64,000 nt of DNA from Gemmatimonadales bacterium (GCA_041613315.1 JBFJHJ010000002.1:26014-90013), one strand, 5' to 3'; counted from the stretch's first letter, positions 1-11,401 are shown. Notes: generated by a model from the letters alone, not told the origin. Translations and numbers: made by a program.

Positions 1-337
1 CCAGCGCTCGAAGCTCGGGCGACGGCCCCACGGGCGCCGGCGACCCGTTCCCAGGCCACGCGATCACGAGCGCGAGCACCGCCGCCGCCGCGACGCTGCC
101 GCCGGCCAGCCAGCGCAGGCGGCGGCGGCGCCAGGCGCGAAACTCGTCCCGCACGAGGGGCCAGCGGTCTCTCGGAGGCGTCACGCTCGGCAACGCCCGA
201 AGCGCTGCCACTCGCTGGTGCACACGGTCCAACTCGTCGCGGCATGCCGCGCACCCCTTCAGATGCGCCCGGGCCGCCGCCGACCCTTCGCCGCCCCGCA
301 CCTCCAGCAGTTCCGCGATGGTGCAGTGCCGGAACAT
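1..337 (-). CDS. Zinc-finger (zf-HC2) anti-sigma factor; runs off the window start
   Basis: Translated by hand: MFRHCTIAELLEVRGGEGSAAARAHLKGCAACRDEL... It has an HxxxCxxC ZAS motif followed by a TM segment (LAGGSVAAAAVLALVI). Its ATG overlaps the sigma gene stop. Confidence 0.8.
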   Translation of the reverse strand, partial: MFRHCTIAELLEVRGGEGSAAARAHLKGCAACRDELDRVHQRVAALRALPSVTPPRDRWPLVRDEFRAWRRRRLRWLAGGSVAAAAVLALVIAWPGNGSPAPVGPSPELRAL

Positions 338-885
338 CAGACCTCCTCGCCGAGCATGTCGCGCAGCCGTGCGTGCGCCCGCGAGAGCTGCGACTTCGAA
401 AAACTCACCGTCTTGCCCATCAGCTCGGCTATCTCTTCGTGCGTGTACCCTTCGACATCGTGCATCCACACCACCGCGCGCGCCGTGTCCGACAGGCGCG
501 CCAGCGACGCCTCCAGGTCCATCTGCAGTCCCACATCCCCGTCCCGGCGGCCGGCCGGCCCGCCATCTTCCGCGAGCGGCTCGGCCTCACGGTACTTCTC
601 GTACCGGATCCGGATCAGCGCCTTGCTCGCCGCGATCCGCTTGATCCACGCCGTGAGACTCCCCGGGCCTCCGCCGCGGAACCCCCGGATGCTGCGGCAG
701 ACCTCGAGAAAAGTCTCCTGCAGCACGTCCTCCGCCTCTTCGGCGGTTCGGCAGATCCGCCGCGCCAACGAATACACCGTGCCCTGATAGGCTCGGTAGA
801 TGCGTTCGAGCGCCGCGAGGTCGCCTGATTTGGCCCGGCGGATCGCGAGCTCGTCCACGGCGGTGACGCTCAGGGAGATCTCCAT
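337..885 (-). CDS. ECF (sigma-70 group 4) RNA polymerase sigma factor
   Basis: AEDVLQETF and WIKRIA (region 2); EGYTHEEIAELMGKTVSFSKSQLSRA (region 4 HTH); adjacent anti-sigma gene. Confidence 0.9.
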   Translation of the reverse strand: MEISLSVTAVDELAIRRAKSGDLAALERIYRAYQGTVYSLARRICRTAEEAEDVLQETFLEVCRSIRGFRGGGPGSLTAWIKRIAASKALIRIRYEKYREAEPLAEDGGPAGRRDGDVGLQMDLEASLARLSDTARAVVWMHDVEGYTHEEIAELMGKTVSFSKSQLSRAHARLRDMLGEEV

Positions 886-1076
886 CGGTCCCGACAAGAT
901 AGATGCCCCACCCGCCGGATGGGTCGCGGAGCACGGTCAGGCGGCAGGACCTCAGGCGGTAGGACGGTCGGACCGGGCACACTCTGGGTCATGCGTACGG
1001 GCGATTCGTCCCTCCCCTCACGGCCTGTCCGCCTCGGTGGCGCCGAGGGGCGCCCGGACTGCCTGGGCGCTATCAT

Positions 1077-2213
1077 ATGCCCATGACCGCACCGCAGGAA
1101 CTCGACCGCGCCACCTCCGAGACCTGGCGCCATCATCTCCAGGACGAGGCGGATGCCGCGTTTCTGTACTGGGCGCTGGCCGAGGCGGAGACGACTCCCA
1201 AGCGCCGCGACCTGTACCGGCGGCTCGCCGCGGTGGAAGACCGCCACACCGGGCTCTGGCGCACGCTCCTCGCGGAACACGGGCAACACACATCGGTCCC
1301 GACCCCGTCACTCCGAGCGCGGCTCATGGCCCGGCTCGCGCGGTGGTTCGGTCCGTCGTGGTTGTTGCCGGTGCTCCTACGGGAGGAGGTCAACGAGGTG
1401 AAGGGGTACCTCGCGCTCTACCACGAGACCGAAGCGGGCGCCGCGCAGGACACGGCGCTCACGCTGGCCCGGGAGTCCGCCCAACACGCCGACGCCCTGG
1501 GGTCGCTCACCGGACGCGAGGGTGAGCCGTGGCACCGGACCGCTTCGGGAGGGTTCCTCCGCAACGTGGTCTACGGATTCAACGACGGACTCACCGCCAA
1601 CTTCGGGTTGGTCGCCGGCGTCATCGGCGCGTCCGTGGATCCCAACGTCGTCCTGGTCACGGGGATCGCGGGAACGATCGCGGACGCCCTGTCCATGGGA
1701 GCCTCGGGCTACCTCGCCGCCAAGAGCGAGCGGGAGGTCTACGCCCACGAAATCGCGATGGAGCGGCAGGAGATCGCGATGATGCCCGAGGTCGAGGAGG
1801 AGGAGCTGGCGCTGCTCTACGAAGCCAAGGGGATCGAACCGGAGCGGGCGAGAGACATGGCCGGCGACGTGATGCGGGACCCCGACCGCGCCCTGGAGGA
1901 GAAGGTGCGGGAAGAACTGAGGATCGGGGAGGCCCACACGACGCCCCTTCGGGAGGGATGGGTCACGGGCACGGCAACGGCGATCGGCGCGCTGATTCCC
2001 GTCGCTCCGTTCTTCGTGCTCGACGGGGCGGCGGCGGCGTGGACGTCGTTCGCCGTGGCCATGCTGTCGCACTTCGCCGTTGGAGCGGCGCGCAGCGTCT
2101 TCACCGGCCGGAGCCTGTTCCGCAGCGGCGCGGACATGTTCGCCGTGGGCCTGGGGGTGGCGGGGGTGGCATACGTCGTCGGAGACGTGGTATCCCGGCT
2201 CCTCGCGTCGTGA
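1077..2213 (+). CDS. Rubrerythrin/ferritin-like domain fused to a VIT1/CCC1 iron/manganese transporter (MbfA-like)
   Basis: N-terminal E..Y/EDRH di-iron-type motifs; VIT1 motifs LRNVVYGFNDGL and ADALSMGASGYL. Confidence 0.88.
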   Translation: MPMTAPQELDRATSETWRHHLQDEADAAFLYWALAEAETTPKRRDLYRRLAAVEDRHTGLWRTLLAEHGQHTSVPTPSLRARLMARLARWFGPSWLLPVLLREEVNEVKGYLALYHETEAGAAQDTALTLARESAQHADALGSLTGREGEPWHRTASGGFLRNVVYGFNDGLTANFGLVAGVIGASVDPNVVLVTGIAGTIADALSMGASGYLAAKSEREVYAHEIAMERQEIAMMPEVEEEELALLYEAKGIEPERARDMAGDVMRDPDRALEEKVREELRIGEAHTTPLREGWVTGTATAIGALIPVAPFFVLDGAAAAWTSFAVAMLSHFAVGAARSVFTGRSLFRSGADMFAVGLGVAGVAYVVGDVVSRLLAS

Positions 2214-2220
2214 GCGGGAC

Positions 2221-4710
2221 TCACACCACGAGATTCACCAGACGGTCCGGCACGTAGATCGCCTGCTTCACATCTTCGCCATTCACGAATCGGCGAACGC
2301 CGTCGTCCGCGAGCGCGCGGCGCACGGCCTCGGATTCGCTCAACCCGGGCGAGACCTTGAGGCGGCCCCGGACCTTGCCGTTCACCTGGACGACCAGCTC
2401 GATCTCCTCCTCCCGGGCGAGTCCCGCATCGAACGCCGGCCAGGCCGCATTGAACACGCTCGACCTGCCCCCCAAGCGCTCCCAGCACTCCTCGGCGAAG
2501 TGCGGAGCGAACGGCGCGAGCATGATCGCCAAGGGGTGCAGGAGCTCAGCCGGCACCCCCTCCCCCCCATCCGTCTCAGCGGCATCCTCAGCGGCATCGC
2601 CCCGTCCCCGCAGTACGTTCACGTACTCCATCAGTTTGGCGATGGCCGTGTTGTACCGCAGTTCTTCCATGTCCTCCGTCACGCCGCGGATCGTCTGGTG
2701 CAGCTTGCGCATGGCGGTCCCGTGCTCCGCTCCGGCTGTGCCCCGCACCGCGGTCCGCACCAGGCTCCACACCTTGTCGAGGAACCGCCGCTGGCCGGCG
2801 ATGCCCTGATCCCGAAAGTCCCCGCCCTCCTGATAGGGCCCCAGGAACATCAGGTACATGCGGAAGGTGTCCGCGCCCCACTTCGCGAGGTACTCGTCGG
2901 GCACCACCACGTTGCCGCGCGATTTGGACATCTTCGCGCCGTCCTTCACGATGGTTCCATGGGCCCGGAAGCGCGTGAACGGCTCGGCGAAGCCCAGGTG
3001 GCCCAAGTCGTGGAGGACCATGATGATGAACCGCGCGTACATCAGGTGAAGCACCGCGTGCTCGTTGCCGCCGATGTAGCACTTGACCGGGAGCCACCGG
3101 GACGTGAGCGCGGCGTCGAACGGCCGGTCATCGAACTCGGTGGAGGGGTAGCGGAGGAAGTACCACGACGAGTCGAGGAACGTATCCGAGACGTCGGTCT
3201 CGCGACGCGCCGGCGCGCCGCATGCCGGACACGGCACGCGGTACCACTCCTCGTGTCGGGCGAGGGGCGAGACGCCGGTCTCGTCCGGGCGAAAGTCGTC
3301 GATGGGCGGAAGCAGCACGGGCAAGTCGGCGGTGGGCACGGGCACGGTGCCGCAGGCGTCACAGTAGATGATGGGAATCGGCGGCCCCCAGTACCGCTGG
3401 CGCGAGATGCACCAGTCGTGGAGGCGGTACTGGACCGTGGCCGTGCCCGCTCCCGTGCGCGCCAGCCACGCCGTGATCTCTCGTGCCGCATCGGCGCACG
3501 GCATCCCATCGAACGCGCCGCTGTTGACCATCACGCCGTCCCACCCGGTGTACGGGATCGACGAACCGCGCGCCGGGTCCGACGTTGCCGCGCTCGCGTT
3601 CGGCTGGATGACTTGTCTGACGGGGAGGTCGAAGGTCGTCGCGAACTCGTAATCCCGCTCGTCGTGGGCCGGGACGGCCATGATCGCCCCGGTCCCGTAT
3701 TCCATCAGGACGTAATCGGCGATCCACACCGGGATCGACTCGCCGGTCGCCGGGTTTCGGGCGTAGGACCCCGTGAACACGCCGGTTTTTTCCCGGTCGC
3801 CAACGCGACGGGTCACGATATCCTGCGCGGCCGCCTGGCGGCGGTACTCGCGCACGGCGTGCTGCTGCTCCCGCGTCGTGAGTTTCTCCACCAGGGGATG
3901 CTCCGGAGCGAGCACCATGTACGTCGCCCCGAATACCGTGTCCGGCCGGGTCGTGAACACGCGGATCGTGTCGCCCGTGGGCATGGCGAACGCGAGCTCG
4001 GCCCCCTCCGACCGGCCGATCCAGTTGGTCTGCATGAGTCGCGTGGACTCGGACCAATCGAGCGTCTCCAGATTCTCGAGCAGCCGTTCCGCGTAGTCGG
4101 TGATCTTGAAGAACCATTGCTCGAGCAGTCGCTGATGCACGCGCACCTGTGGGTGACGCTCGCAGAAACCGTCGATCACCTGCTCGTTGGCGAGCACCGT
4201 CTTGCACTCCGGACACCAGTTGACCGGCGCCTTCTTCTTGACGGCGAGTCCCGCTTTGAACAGCTGCAGGAAGATCCACTGCGTCCACGTGTAGTACCGC
4301 GGATCGGTGGTGGACAGCTCGTGGTCCCAGTCGACCATCAACCCGACGCGCTTCAGTTGCTCGCGGAACCGCGCGATGTTCGCAGGGATGAGCTTTCCCG
4401 GGTGCGTGTTGACCTTGAGCGCGTAGTTCTCGGAGTGGATGCCGAACGCGTCGAACCCGATGGGCTCGAACACGCCCCACCCCTGGAGGCGCCGGAACCG
4501 TCCGTGGATGTCGCTGCCCACGAAGGCGAAGACGTTCCCCACATGGAGCCCCTCGGCGGAGGGATAGGGAAACATCATCAAGTTGAAGTACGGCCGTTCG
4601 GCGGCGCGGAGGTCCACCGCGTTCGTGCGGCGCTCCTCCCATCGCTGGCGCCACCGGGCCTCGATCAGCTCAGGGGCGTATGGTTCCACTCCGGTCCGCG
4701 GATCGCTCAT
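2221..4710 (-). CDS. leuS: Leucine--tRNA ligase
   Basis: MFPYPSAEGLHVGN (HIGH-like), FTTRPDT, DWCISRQRYWG, KMSKS, C-terminal VQVNGKVRG. Confidence 0.97.
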   Translation of the reverse strand: MSDPRTGVEPYAPELIEARWRQRWEERRTNAVDLRAAERPYFNLMMFPYPSAEGLHVGNVFAFVGSDIHGRFRRLQGWGVFEPIGFDAFGIHSENYALKVNTHPGKLIPANIARFREQLKRVGLMVDWDHELSTTDPRYYTWTQWIFLQLFKAGLAVKKKAPVNWCPECKTVLANEQVIDGFCERHPQVRVHQRLLEQWFFKITDYAERLLENLETLDWSESTRLMQTNWIGRSEGAELAFAMPTGDTIRVFTTRPDTVFGATYMVLAPEHPLVEKLTTREQQHAVREYRRQAAAQDIVTRRVGDREKTGVFTGSYARNPATGESIPVWIADYVLMEYGTGAIMAVPAHDERDYEFATTFDLPVRQVIQPNASAATSDPARGSSIPYTGWDGVMVNSGAFDGMPCADAAREITAWLARTGAGTATVQYRLHDWCISRQRYWGPPIPIIYCDACGTVPVPTADLPVLLPPIDDFRPDETGVSPLARHEEWYRVPCPACGAPARRETDVSDTFLDSSWYFLRYPSTEFDDRPFDAALTSRWLPVKCYIGGNEHAVLHLMYARFIIMVLHDLGHLGFAEPFTRFRAHGTIVKDGAKMSKSRGNVVVPDEYLAKWGADTFRMYLMFLGPYQEGGDFRDQGIAGQRRFLDKVWSLVRTAVRGTAGAEHGTAMRKLHQTIRGVTEDMEELRYNTAIAKLMEYVNVLRGRGDAAEDAAETDGGEGVPAELLHPLAIMLAPFAPHFAEECWERLGGRSSVFNAAWPAFDAGLAREEEIELVVQVNGKVRGRLKVSPGLSESEAVRRALADDGVRRFVNGEDVKQAIYVPDRLVNLVV

Positions 4711-4774
4711 GGTACGCGTAATCTAAGGCGCCTTGCTCCCCCTGGAAGCCTGCCGTAGCTTTTGCGCTACTCAT

Positions 4775-6901
4775 ATGGCAAGAGAGATTGGCGATCTCCG
4801 CCGGCGTGTGCTGCTCGTCGGGACGCCCATTGCGGTCCTCGCGGTCGCCCTCACCGCGTACCTGGCCGACCAGGCCGCTCAGCGACAGTTCCAGCGGGCA
4901 CAGGCCGCCGGCCTCGAGTCCGTGGCCGGGCGGGCGGCCGGCATGGTCAATGAGTACGTACGGGCGCGCATCGGGGACCTCCGCCTCATTGCCCTCACGC
5001 CGGGGATCGTGGAGGCCGCCGCGGCCAGCGGCCGTCAGGCCGACCAACAAGGGCTCGGCCGGCTCGCGGTGCCGGAGCTCGAGCAGCGCTACGCCGCGAC
5101 CAAGCGTCTCATCAACGACCCCGCCCTCGTGAACTACCTGGTCCGGGTCCGGGAGGCCACCGACTTCGCCGAAATTTTCTTCACCGAGCGGAACGGCCTC
5201 ACCGTCACCGGCACCAACCCCACCTCCGACTTCGTCCAATCGGACGAGGAGTGGTGGCAACGGGGCTTCCTCGACGGCGAGTTCCAGGGCGAAGCGACGT
5301 TCGACGAGTCCGCCGGCACAGCGGCGTTCGAAGTGTCGGTGCAGCTCGCCGATCCCCGGACGGGCGATCCGCTGGGGGTGATCAAAGGCGTCGTCCAGCT
5401 CTCGCGCCTCGCCCGGATCATGGCCCTGTCGGACCGGCAGGCGGGGATGGGCATCGAGGTCGTCGACTCCACCGTGCGGGTCATCGTGTCGCGCGACGAG
5501 GGACGTCTCCTCTCGATCCTCCCCGAGCGGGGGGCGGTGCCCCGGAGCGCCGCGACGGAGTTCACGATCCTCCGGCCGGGCACCGACGACGCCGAGCTCC
5601 TGGCCAGCGCCCCGGCGAACGGGGGCCGCTGGTGGGTGCTCGTGCGGGAGCGCCTCGACACGGCGTACGCCGCGGCCGGAACCATCCGGACGACGGTGTG
5701 GGTCGCGGCCGCCGCGGTGCTGGTGATCGTGCTGGCCGCGATCTTCTGGGTCACCGACTGGCTGAACCGACAGGTCACCCAGCCGGTGCGGTCGGCCGGC
5801 CACGTGGCGCGTCGCATTGCCGACGGCGATCTCTCGGTGAGCGTGGCCGAGGAGGGCGGCGGATCGGACGAGGTCACCCAGCTCTTGGGCTCGGTCCAGA
5901 CGATGGTCTCGGCGCTGCGGAGCCTCGTGGGCCGCATCCGCACGGCCTCCGAAGAATCCGCCGCGATGGCCGAGGAGATCTCGGCCAGCACGCAGCAGAT
6001 GTCCGCATCCACCCAGGAGATGGCGAACACCTGTCAGAACCTGAGCGGACATGCGACGGATCAAGCGGCGATGGTCCGCGCAGCCGCGAGCGACGCCGGG
6101 CGCATCCTCGATATCGCCACCCACCTGGCCGATGGCGCGAAAGTGGCGGCCCAGCGAAACGCCGCCCTCAAGGACGTGGCGGAGAGCCACCGGCATCGCC
6201 TGATGGAGGGGAGCGCGCAACTCGGTACGCTGGCGAACGACCTGGAGCGGGGCGCCGCCGACGCCGAGCGGCTCGCTGGCCTCTCCGAGGAGATCCAGAA
6301 GTTCGTGACCCAGGCGCGGACGATCGCGAGTCAGACGAACATGCTCGCGCTGAACGCCGCGATCGAAGCCTCCCGGGGCGGCGGCGGCGGCGAGGGCCGG
6401 GGATTCGCGGTCGTGGCGGACGAGGTTCGCAAGCTCGCGAACCAGGCGGCGCGCGCGGCGGCTACGACCTCGCAAACGGTCACCGCGGTGCTGGAGACGG
6501 TCCAGGACATCCGGACCCGTTTGGCCCGGCTCGCCGAGGCGAGCGCCTCCGTCCGAGAGATCGCCGAGGCGGCGGCGGGCGCGCTCAAGGAAGTGGCGGG
6601 AGGGGCGGCGGAAACGAGCGCCTGGACCGGGGAGATCTCCGGCGCCGCCGGGAACGTCCGGGGCCTCGTGCAGGAGATCAGCGAGCGACTGGAGACGATC
6701 GCCCAGGGGACGGAATCGGTCGTCTCGGCCGCCGAAGAGATCGCCGCGTCCGCCCAGCAGCAAAGCGCCTCCACCGAGGAGATCGCGGGGTCCGCGGCAC
6801 GGCTCGCCGAGGCCGCAGAGGGGCTCACAGCGGCCGTGAGCTCGTTCCGGCTGGCCGGGTCGCGCCCGCGTCCCGGCCCCTCGCGCTCGGCTGCCGCCTA
6901 A
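4775..6901 (+). CDS. Methyl-accepting chemotaxis protein (Cache sensor, HAMP, MCP signal domain)
   Basis: Two TM helices; [12 protein letters not shown] Cache motif; [16 protein letters not shown]...[15 protein letters not shown]. Confidence 0.93.
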   Translation: MAREIGDLRRRVLLVGTPIAVLAVALTAYLADQAAQRQFQRAQAAGLESVAGRAAGMVNEYVRARIGDLRLIALTPGIVEAAAASGRQADQQGLGRLAVPELEQRYAATKRLINDPALVNYLVRVREATDFAEIFFTERNGLTVTGTNPTSDFVQSDEEWWQRGFLDGEFQGEATFDESAGTAAFEVSVQLADPRTGDPLGVIKGVVQLSRLARIMALSDRQAGMGIEVVDSTVRVIVSRDEGRLLSILPERGAVPRSAATEFTILRPGTDDAELLASAPANGGRWWVLVRERLDTAYAAAGTIRTTVWVAAAAVLVIVLAAIFWVTDWLNRQVTQPVRSAGHVARRIADGDLSVSVAEEGGGSDEVTQLLGSVQTMVSALRSLVGRIRTASEESAAMAEEISASTQQMSASTQEMANTCQNLSGHATDQAAMVRAAASDAGRILDIATHLADGAKVAAQRNAALKDVAESHRHRLMEGSAQLGTLANDLERGAADAERLAGLSEEIQKFVTQARTIASQTNMLALNAAIEASRGGGGGEGRGFAVVADEVRKLANQAARAAATTSQTVTAVLETVQDIRTRLARLAEASASVREIAEAAAGALKEVAGGAAETSAWTGEISGAAGNVRGLVQEISERLETIAQGTESVVSAAEEIAASAQQQSASTEEIAGSAARLAEAAEGLTAAVSSFRLAGSRPRPGPSRSAAA

Positions 6902-8496
6902 CGCTCGCCGTTCAGCGTCGCGAACCGCACTTCCACGACGTCAGGCAGTCGAGCGAGCGCGTCCAGCACGCGGGGACCCGGTATCTGGTCCACGACGATC
7001 GCCGCCAGCGCATCGGAGCCGGCCCGCTCCAGCCGCGACTGGTGATACGACGCGATGTTGATGGCCGCTTCCCCAAGGAGCGTCCCGACCCGGCCGATGA
7101 CGCCAGGCACGTCGCGGTTGCGCAGCACCACGACATAGCCGTCGGCCGGGATGTCCACGGCGAAGTCGTCGATCCGGATGATGCGGCCGGAGCGGTCCCC
7201 GATCACGGCCCCCACGACACTCACGTGCCGCCCGGCGAGCTCGAGCGTCACCCCGACGGTCGTCTCGAACCCCGCCACCGCATGGCCGGCCCGCCGACCG
7301 ATCGTGAGTCCCCGCTCCTCCGCGAGCACGGCGGCGTTCACCAGGCTCACCGGACCCACGCCCATCCCGGCGAGCGCGCCCTCGACCGCCGCCAGCATGA
7401 CGGGGCGTGGAGCCGCTTCGTCCGACCCGCCGTAGGACACCTCCACTCCCCGCACGCGTCCCTGCGCAATGCCGGCGGCCAAGCGGCCGACGCGGCGCGC
7501 CAGCTCCAACACCCCCGCCAACCGGGCCAACACCTCGCTCGAGAGCCCTGGGAGGTTCACGGCGTCACCCACCACACCGCTCACCAGCGCGTCCCGCACC
7601 GCCGCGCAGATTTCCTGCGCCACCCGCTCCTGCGCTTCCGAGGTTGAAGCCGCCAGATGCGGCGTGAGCAGGACCCGGCCGCAGCGCCGCAGCGGCGACT
7701 TTGCGGGGAGGGGCTCCGGATCGAACACGTCGAGCGCCGCGCCCGCGAGCCGCCCGCTCTCCAGCGCTTCGAGCAGTGCGTCGTTGTCGACGAGGCCGCC
7801 CCGGGCGGTGTTCACCACGACCGCGCCGGGCTTGAGGAGCGCCAACCGCTCTCGGTTGAGGAGATGATACGTTTCGTCGCTGAGCGGAAGGTGCAGGCTG
7901 ACGACGTCGGCGCGGGTCAGCATCTCCTCGAGCGAGCGCAGCTCGACCCGCAGCGCCCGGGCGCGCGCCTCCGGCAGGTAGGGATCATGGGCGATCACCT
8001 GCATGCCGAACGCCCGCGCCACTCCCGCGACGTGCGCGCCGATCCGCCCGAGCCCCACGAGTCCCAGGATCTTGCCGCGCAGCTCCGAGCCGGCGAAGCG
8101 CCGCCGGTCCCACTCGCCCGCTCGCATGCTCGCCACCGCCAGCGGGATCTTCCGGAGCAGCGCCAGCAGCAGCGCGAAAGTGTGCTCCGCTGCGCTCACC
8201 GTGTTGGCTCCCGGGGCGTTGAGCACGGCGACGCCTCGCCGCGTAGCGGCCCGGAGATCCACGTTGTCCACGCCCGTACCGGCCCGACCGATCACGCGCA
8301 ACTCCGGCGCATCGGCGATCATCGCCTCGGTCACCAGGGTGTCCGAGCGCACGATCAACGCGTGGGCGCGCCGGAGCGCTTCGGGCAACCGCCCGGCATC
8401 GGCGGCGGTGCACACGACCTCGAGCGCCGGGTCCGTCCGCAGCAGCTCGAGCCCCGCGTCGGCGATCTGGTCCGCGACCACGACGACGTAGCTCAC
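6898..8496 (-). CDS. serA: D-3-phosphoglycerate dehydrogenase with ASB/ACT domains
   Basis: [42 protein letters not shown]. The true start is the GTG at 8496, overlapping the upstream stop. Confidence 0.93.
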   Translation of the reverse strand: MSYVVVVADQIADAGLELLRTDPALEVVCTAADAGRLPEALRRAHALIVRSDTLVTEAMIADAPELRVIGRAGTGVDNVDLRAATRRGVAVLNAPGANTVSAAEHTFALLLALLRKIPLAVASMRAGEWDRRRFAGSELRGKILGLVGLGRIGAHVAGVARAFGMQVIAHDPYLPEARARALRVELRSLEEMLTRADVVSLHLPLSDETYHLLNRERLALLKPGAVVVNTARGGLVDNDALLEALESGRLAGAALDVFDPEPLPAKSPLRRCGRVLLTPHLAASTSEAQERVAQEICAAVRDALVSGVVGDAVNLPGLSSEVLARLAGVLELARRVGRLAAGIAQGRVRGVEVSYGGSDEAAPRPVMLAAVEGALAGMGVGPVSLVNAAVLAEERGLTIGRRAGHAVAGFETTVGVTLELAGRHVSVVGAVIGDRSGRIIRIDDFAVDIPADGYVVVLRNRDVPGVIGRVGTLLGEAAINIASYHQSRLERAGSDALAAIVVDQIPGPRVLDALARLPDVVEVRFATLNGER

Positions 8497-9584
8497 GCCA
8501 TCACCTCCTCCAGCACCCCAAGGAACTCCCGCACGCCGTCCGGCGTGTGATCGCCCATGTGCCCGATGCGGACCGTCGACTCCTTCAGGGCTCCGTAGCC
8601 CGAGCCGATGGTCCAGCCCCGCGCCGCCACCGCCTGCGCCAGTTGGCGGCCGTTGCTGCCGGTCGGCACGTGCAGGCACGAGACGGTGGCGGAGCGCCGG
8701 CCGGGCGACGGCAGAAACGCGAACCCGCGCGTCTTGCCCCGGTCTTGCGTCCATTCCTCCACGGCGGCTTGCATCGCCGCGTGGCGCTCCCAGCGGGCTT
8801 CGACGCCGCCTTCCGCGTCGATCCGCGCCAGCTGCCGCTCGAGCGCATAGAGCAACGAGAGAGCTGGCGTATTGGTGGGCTGGTGGCTCTCCGCCGCCTG
8901 GGCGAAGGCCAGGAGATCGAGGTACGCGCCGCGTTCCGGCACCGTCTTCGCACGCGCCAGCATCCGCTCGGACGCGACCCCAAGGGCGAGACCGGGCGGG
9001 AGGGCCAGCGCCTTCTGGGATCCGGTGAACACAAAGTCGAGGTGCCACCCGTCAGACTCGACCGGGGAGCCGGCGAGCGAGGTGACGGCGTCGACGAGCA
9101 GCAGGACATCGGGGAAATCCTGGACCACGGCCGCCAGCTCGGCGAGCGGGGCGAGGGCGCCCGTCGAGGTCTCGGAGTGCACGAGGGTCACGGCGTCCAC
9201 GTCCGATCGTTTGAGGGCGTCGCGCAACATGTCCGGCTCCACCGTGCACCCCGGGGCCACGTCGAGCCGGATCACGTCGCGCCCCGTGGCCGCCACGATG
9301 CCGGCGAACCGCTCGCCGAACGCCCCGCTTACCAGACACAGCGCGCGGTGCCGCACCCCGCAACGCACGGCCAGCTCCATGAAGCCGGTCGCGGCGCACG
9401 TGCCGATGAGGACGCGCCGCTCCGTGCGAAACAGCCCCTTGAGCGGCTCATCCATCCCGGCCAGAAGTTGGACCATGGCCTCGCCCCGATGCGCGATCAT
9501 GGGACGGCACATGGCCTGGAGAATGTCGGGGTGTACCTCCGTGGGGCCCGGCAGCAGGAACCGCCCGAACGCGGGCGCCGTCAC
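8493..9584 (-). CDS. Class V PLP aminotransferase (alanine-glyoxylate / serine-pyruvate type)
   Basis: LPGPTEV, VHSETSTG, VDAVTS, TGSQKALALPPG, RIGHMG. GTG start at 9584. Confidence 0.9.
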   Translation of the reverse strand: MTAPAFGRFLLPGPTEVHPDILQAMCRPMIAHRGEAMVQLLAGMDEPLKGLFRTERRVLIGTCAATGFMELAVRCGVRHRALCLVSGAFGERFAGIVAATGRDVIRLDVAPGCTVEPDMLRDALKRSDVDAVTLVHSETSTGALAPLAELAAVVQDFPDVLLLVDAVTSLAGSPVESDGWHLDFVFTGSQKALALPPGLALGVASERMLARAKTVPERGAYLDLLAFAQAAESHQPTNTPALSLLYALERQLARIDAEGGVEARWERHAAMQAAVEEWTQDRGKTRGFAFLPSPGRRSATVSCLHVPTGSNGRQLAQAVAARGWTIGSGYGALKESTVRIGHMGDHTPDGVREFLGVLEEVMA

Positions 9585-10252
9585 GCGGTCCGGGGCTCTA
9601 CGGCGGCGGCTCCTTTCGGGGTCATCGCCAACGCGTCGGCCGTCGTGATGATCGTGACGCCCCGCCGCGTCCAGTCGGCGAGCAGCCGGTCGCGCTGCTC
9701 CGCCACGATGGGCTTGGTGGCATCCGTCACGAGGAACAGCCGCGTCTCGGGACGACGCGCCAGGAGTCCCTCGATGGCGTAGCGGTTGCAGACATCCAAG
9801 GCGACGCCGTAGACCACGATCACTTCGGGATCCAGCGCCGCCACGACGGGTTCCACGTTGGGGTTGGTAAACACGTCGAAGCGGTGCTTGTGGAAGAGGA
9901 GGTCGCCCTCGTGCGCGCGGACGCGTCGTCGCAGCGTCGCGGGATCCTGCGGATCGGGCTCGATGACAAGCGGATCGCGGAGCGCTGTCTCGGGAATCTT
10001 CCGCTGTCCGGGCGTGCCGCGGAGGCAGTGGGGTGGGAACGTCTCCGCGAAGTCGGGCGTGTCGGAGATCTCGGGGTGCCCGGGCACGTGATCGTCCGCG
10101 CTCGCGATCACCCGGATCCCCTGTGCGTGCGCGTGCGCGGTGAGCCGGCGCAGGTTGGGGATGATGTGTTCGGCCTCCGGCACGTAGAGCTTGCCGTCGG
10201 CGTGCATGAAATCGTACTGCGTATCGACGTCCCAGAAGATCAGGCCCGACAT
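9581..10252 (-). CDS. pncA: Nicotinamidase / isochorismatase-family cysteine hydrolase
   Basis: DVDTQYDF, FPPHCLRGT, GVALDVC; lies next to the NAPRTase gene. Confidence 0.8.
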   Translation of the reverse strand: MSGLIFWDVDTQYDFMHADGKLYVPEAEHIIPNLRRLTAHAHAQGIRVIASADDHVPGHPEISDTPDFAETFPPHCLRGTPGQRKIPETALRDPLVIEPDPQDPATLRRRVRAHEGDLLFHKHRFDVFTNPNVEPVVAALDPEVIVVYGVALDVCNRYAIEGLLARRPETRLFLVTDATKPIVAEQRDRLLADWTRRGVTIITTADALAMTPKGAAAVEPRTA

Positions 10253-10334
10253 GGCGGCCCTCCCGCGTGCGTCTCGAGGTCTGCATGGCGCACCGTGAAA
10301 CATAACGTGCCGGTAGCAGGATGCATCGCCGTCC

Positions 10335-11399
10335 CTAGACGACCGGTTCCAACCGCGGATTCGGCCGGTACGCCCGCCCGACCTTCGCGCAGGGCTTCCC
10401 GTCCGCCATCACGACATCGGCGGTGAAGTCGTAGCGCCCATGCTCGCGGAACAGCGACGAGCCGACGCCGTAGGCATCCACGGGTACCCCGTGCTCCTCG
10501 AACTGCCGGATCTTCTCGACGGTGAACCCGCCGGACACGATGATCTTGACGTAGCGGAACCCCTCGGCATCCAGCGCCCGCCGGACGTTCCCGACGAGCT
10601 GGGGGTTCACGCCACGGGGGTCGAATGTGCCCATCTGGGGAATGACCGACCGGTCCACCAGCGAGGCCGACGTGTCGAGGCGCACCCCGTAGAGCCGCTC
10701 CCCCAGAGCGCGGGCCACGGCCAGGGAGGTACCCACGCAGTCATTGTCGAAGTCCACGAGGCTGACGATCTGTACGTGCGCGGGCATGTACTCGGCGAAC
10801 TTGCGCGTCGCCTTCACGGTATCGCCGTCATAGGCGGCGATGATCGCGTGGGGCACGGTCCCCACGCCTTCGCTGCCCCACCACGACGCCTGCGCGTCGG
10901 TGGAGACACCGATGGCGCCGGCGATGTGCGCCGCATAACCGTCGCCGGTCTGGACCAGCCAGTGATCGTGCCGCGCCGGGAAGAACATGACGTCCTTCGG
11001 CTTGGCGGCCTCCACGACGAGTCGCGTATTCGTGCCGACCCGCGTCCGGCGCGCGAGCACGCCGAGATACAGCGTCTCGAGGTGCGCGAACGCATCGTAG
11101 GGGCCCTGGATGGTCATCGCGGTCTCCCACGGTGCGACTTCGTCCCCGTCGTAGAGGGCGTGTACGGTGAGGTGCTGCCACTCCACGGCGCACAGCTTGA
11201 GGATCGCGATGGCTTCGTCGACCCCACCCAGGTAGGCGCGCGACTTGCAGAACACCTGCATCAACACGCGGGGGTGGTGACGGTCGGCGAGGAGCACTTC
11301 ACGCGCCCGGGCGAAGTACTTGTCGCTGTAGTAGCCGGTGCGCATTTTCTCGACGGGCAGGTGGAAGATGGACGGGTCGAGCCGCGGTCGCCTGGGCAT
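10335..11399 (-). CDS. pncB: Nicotinate phosphoribosyltransferase (type II PRTase)
   Basis: YYSDKYF, GTVPHA, GVRLDTS, IIVSGG, YGVGS. ATG at 11399. Confidence 0.8.
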   Translation of the reverse strand: MPRRPRLDPSIFHLPVEKMRTGYYSDKYFARAREVLLADRHHPRVLMQVFCKSRAYLGGVDEAIAILKLCAVEWQHLTVHALYDGDEVAPWETAMTIQGPYDAFAHLETLYLGVLARRTRVGTNTRLVVEAAKPKDVMFFPARHDHWLVQTGDGYAAHIAGAIGVSTDAQASWWGSEGVGTVPHAIIAAYDGDTVKATRKFAEYMPAHVQIVSLVDFDNDCVGTSLAVARALGERLYGVRLDTSASLVDRSVIPQMGTFDPRGVNPQLVGNVRRALDAEGFRYVKIIVSGGFTVEKIRQFEEHGVPVDAYGVGSSLFREHGRYDFTADVVMADGKPCAKVGRAYRPNPRLEPVV

Positions 11400-11401
11400 G
11401 G

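Noticed and set aside
2080-4758. 892-aa + strand ORF and other long antisense ORFs (4670-6763, 24620-26755, 26752-28593, 40470-42227 etc.)
   Set aside because: These are shadow frames of clear genes in high-GC DNA and have no recognisable motifs.
8497-9048. N-terminal extensions given in the ORF track for serA (also pncB, thyA, GNAT, dipeptidase, ADH)
   Set aside because: They overlap upstream genes. Homology-like sequence begins at downstream starts that have an RBS or stop-start overlap.
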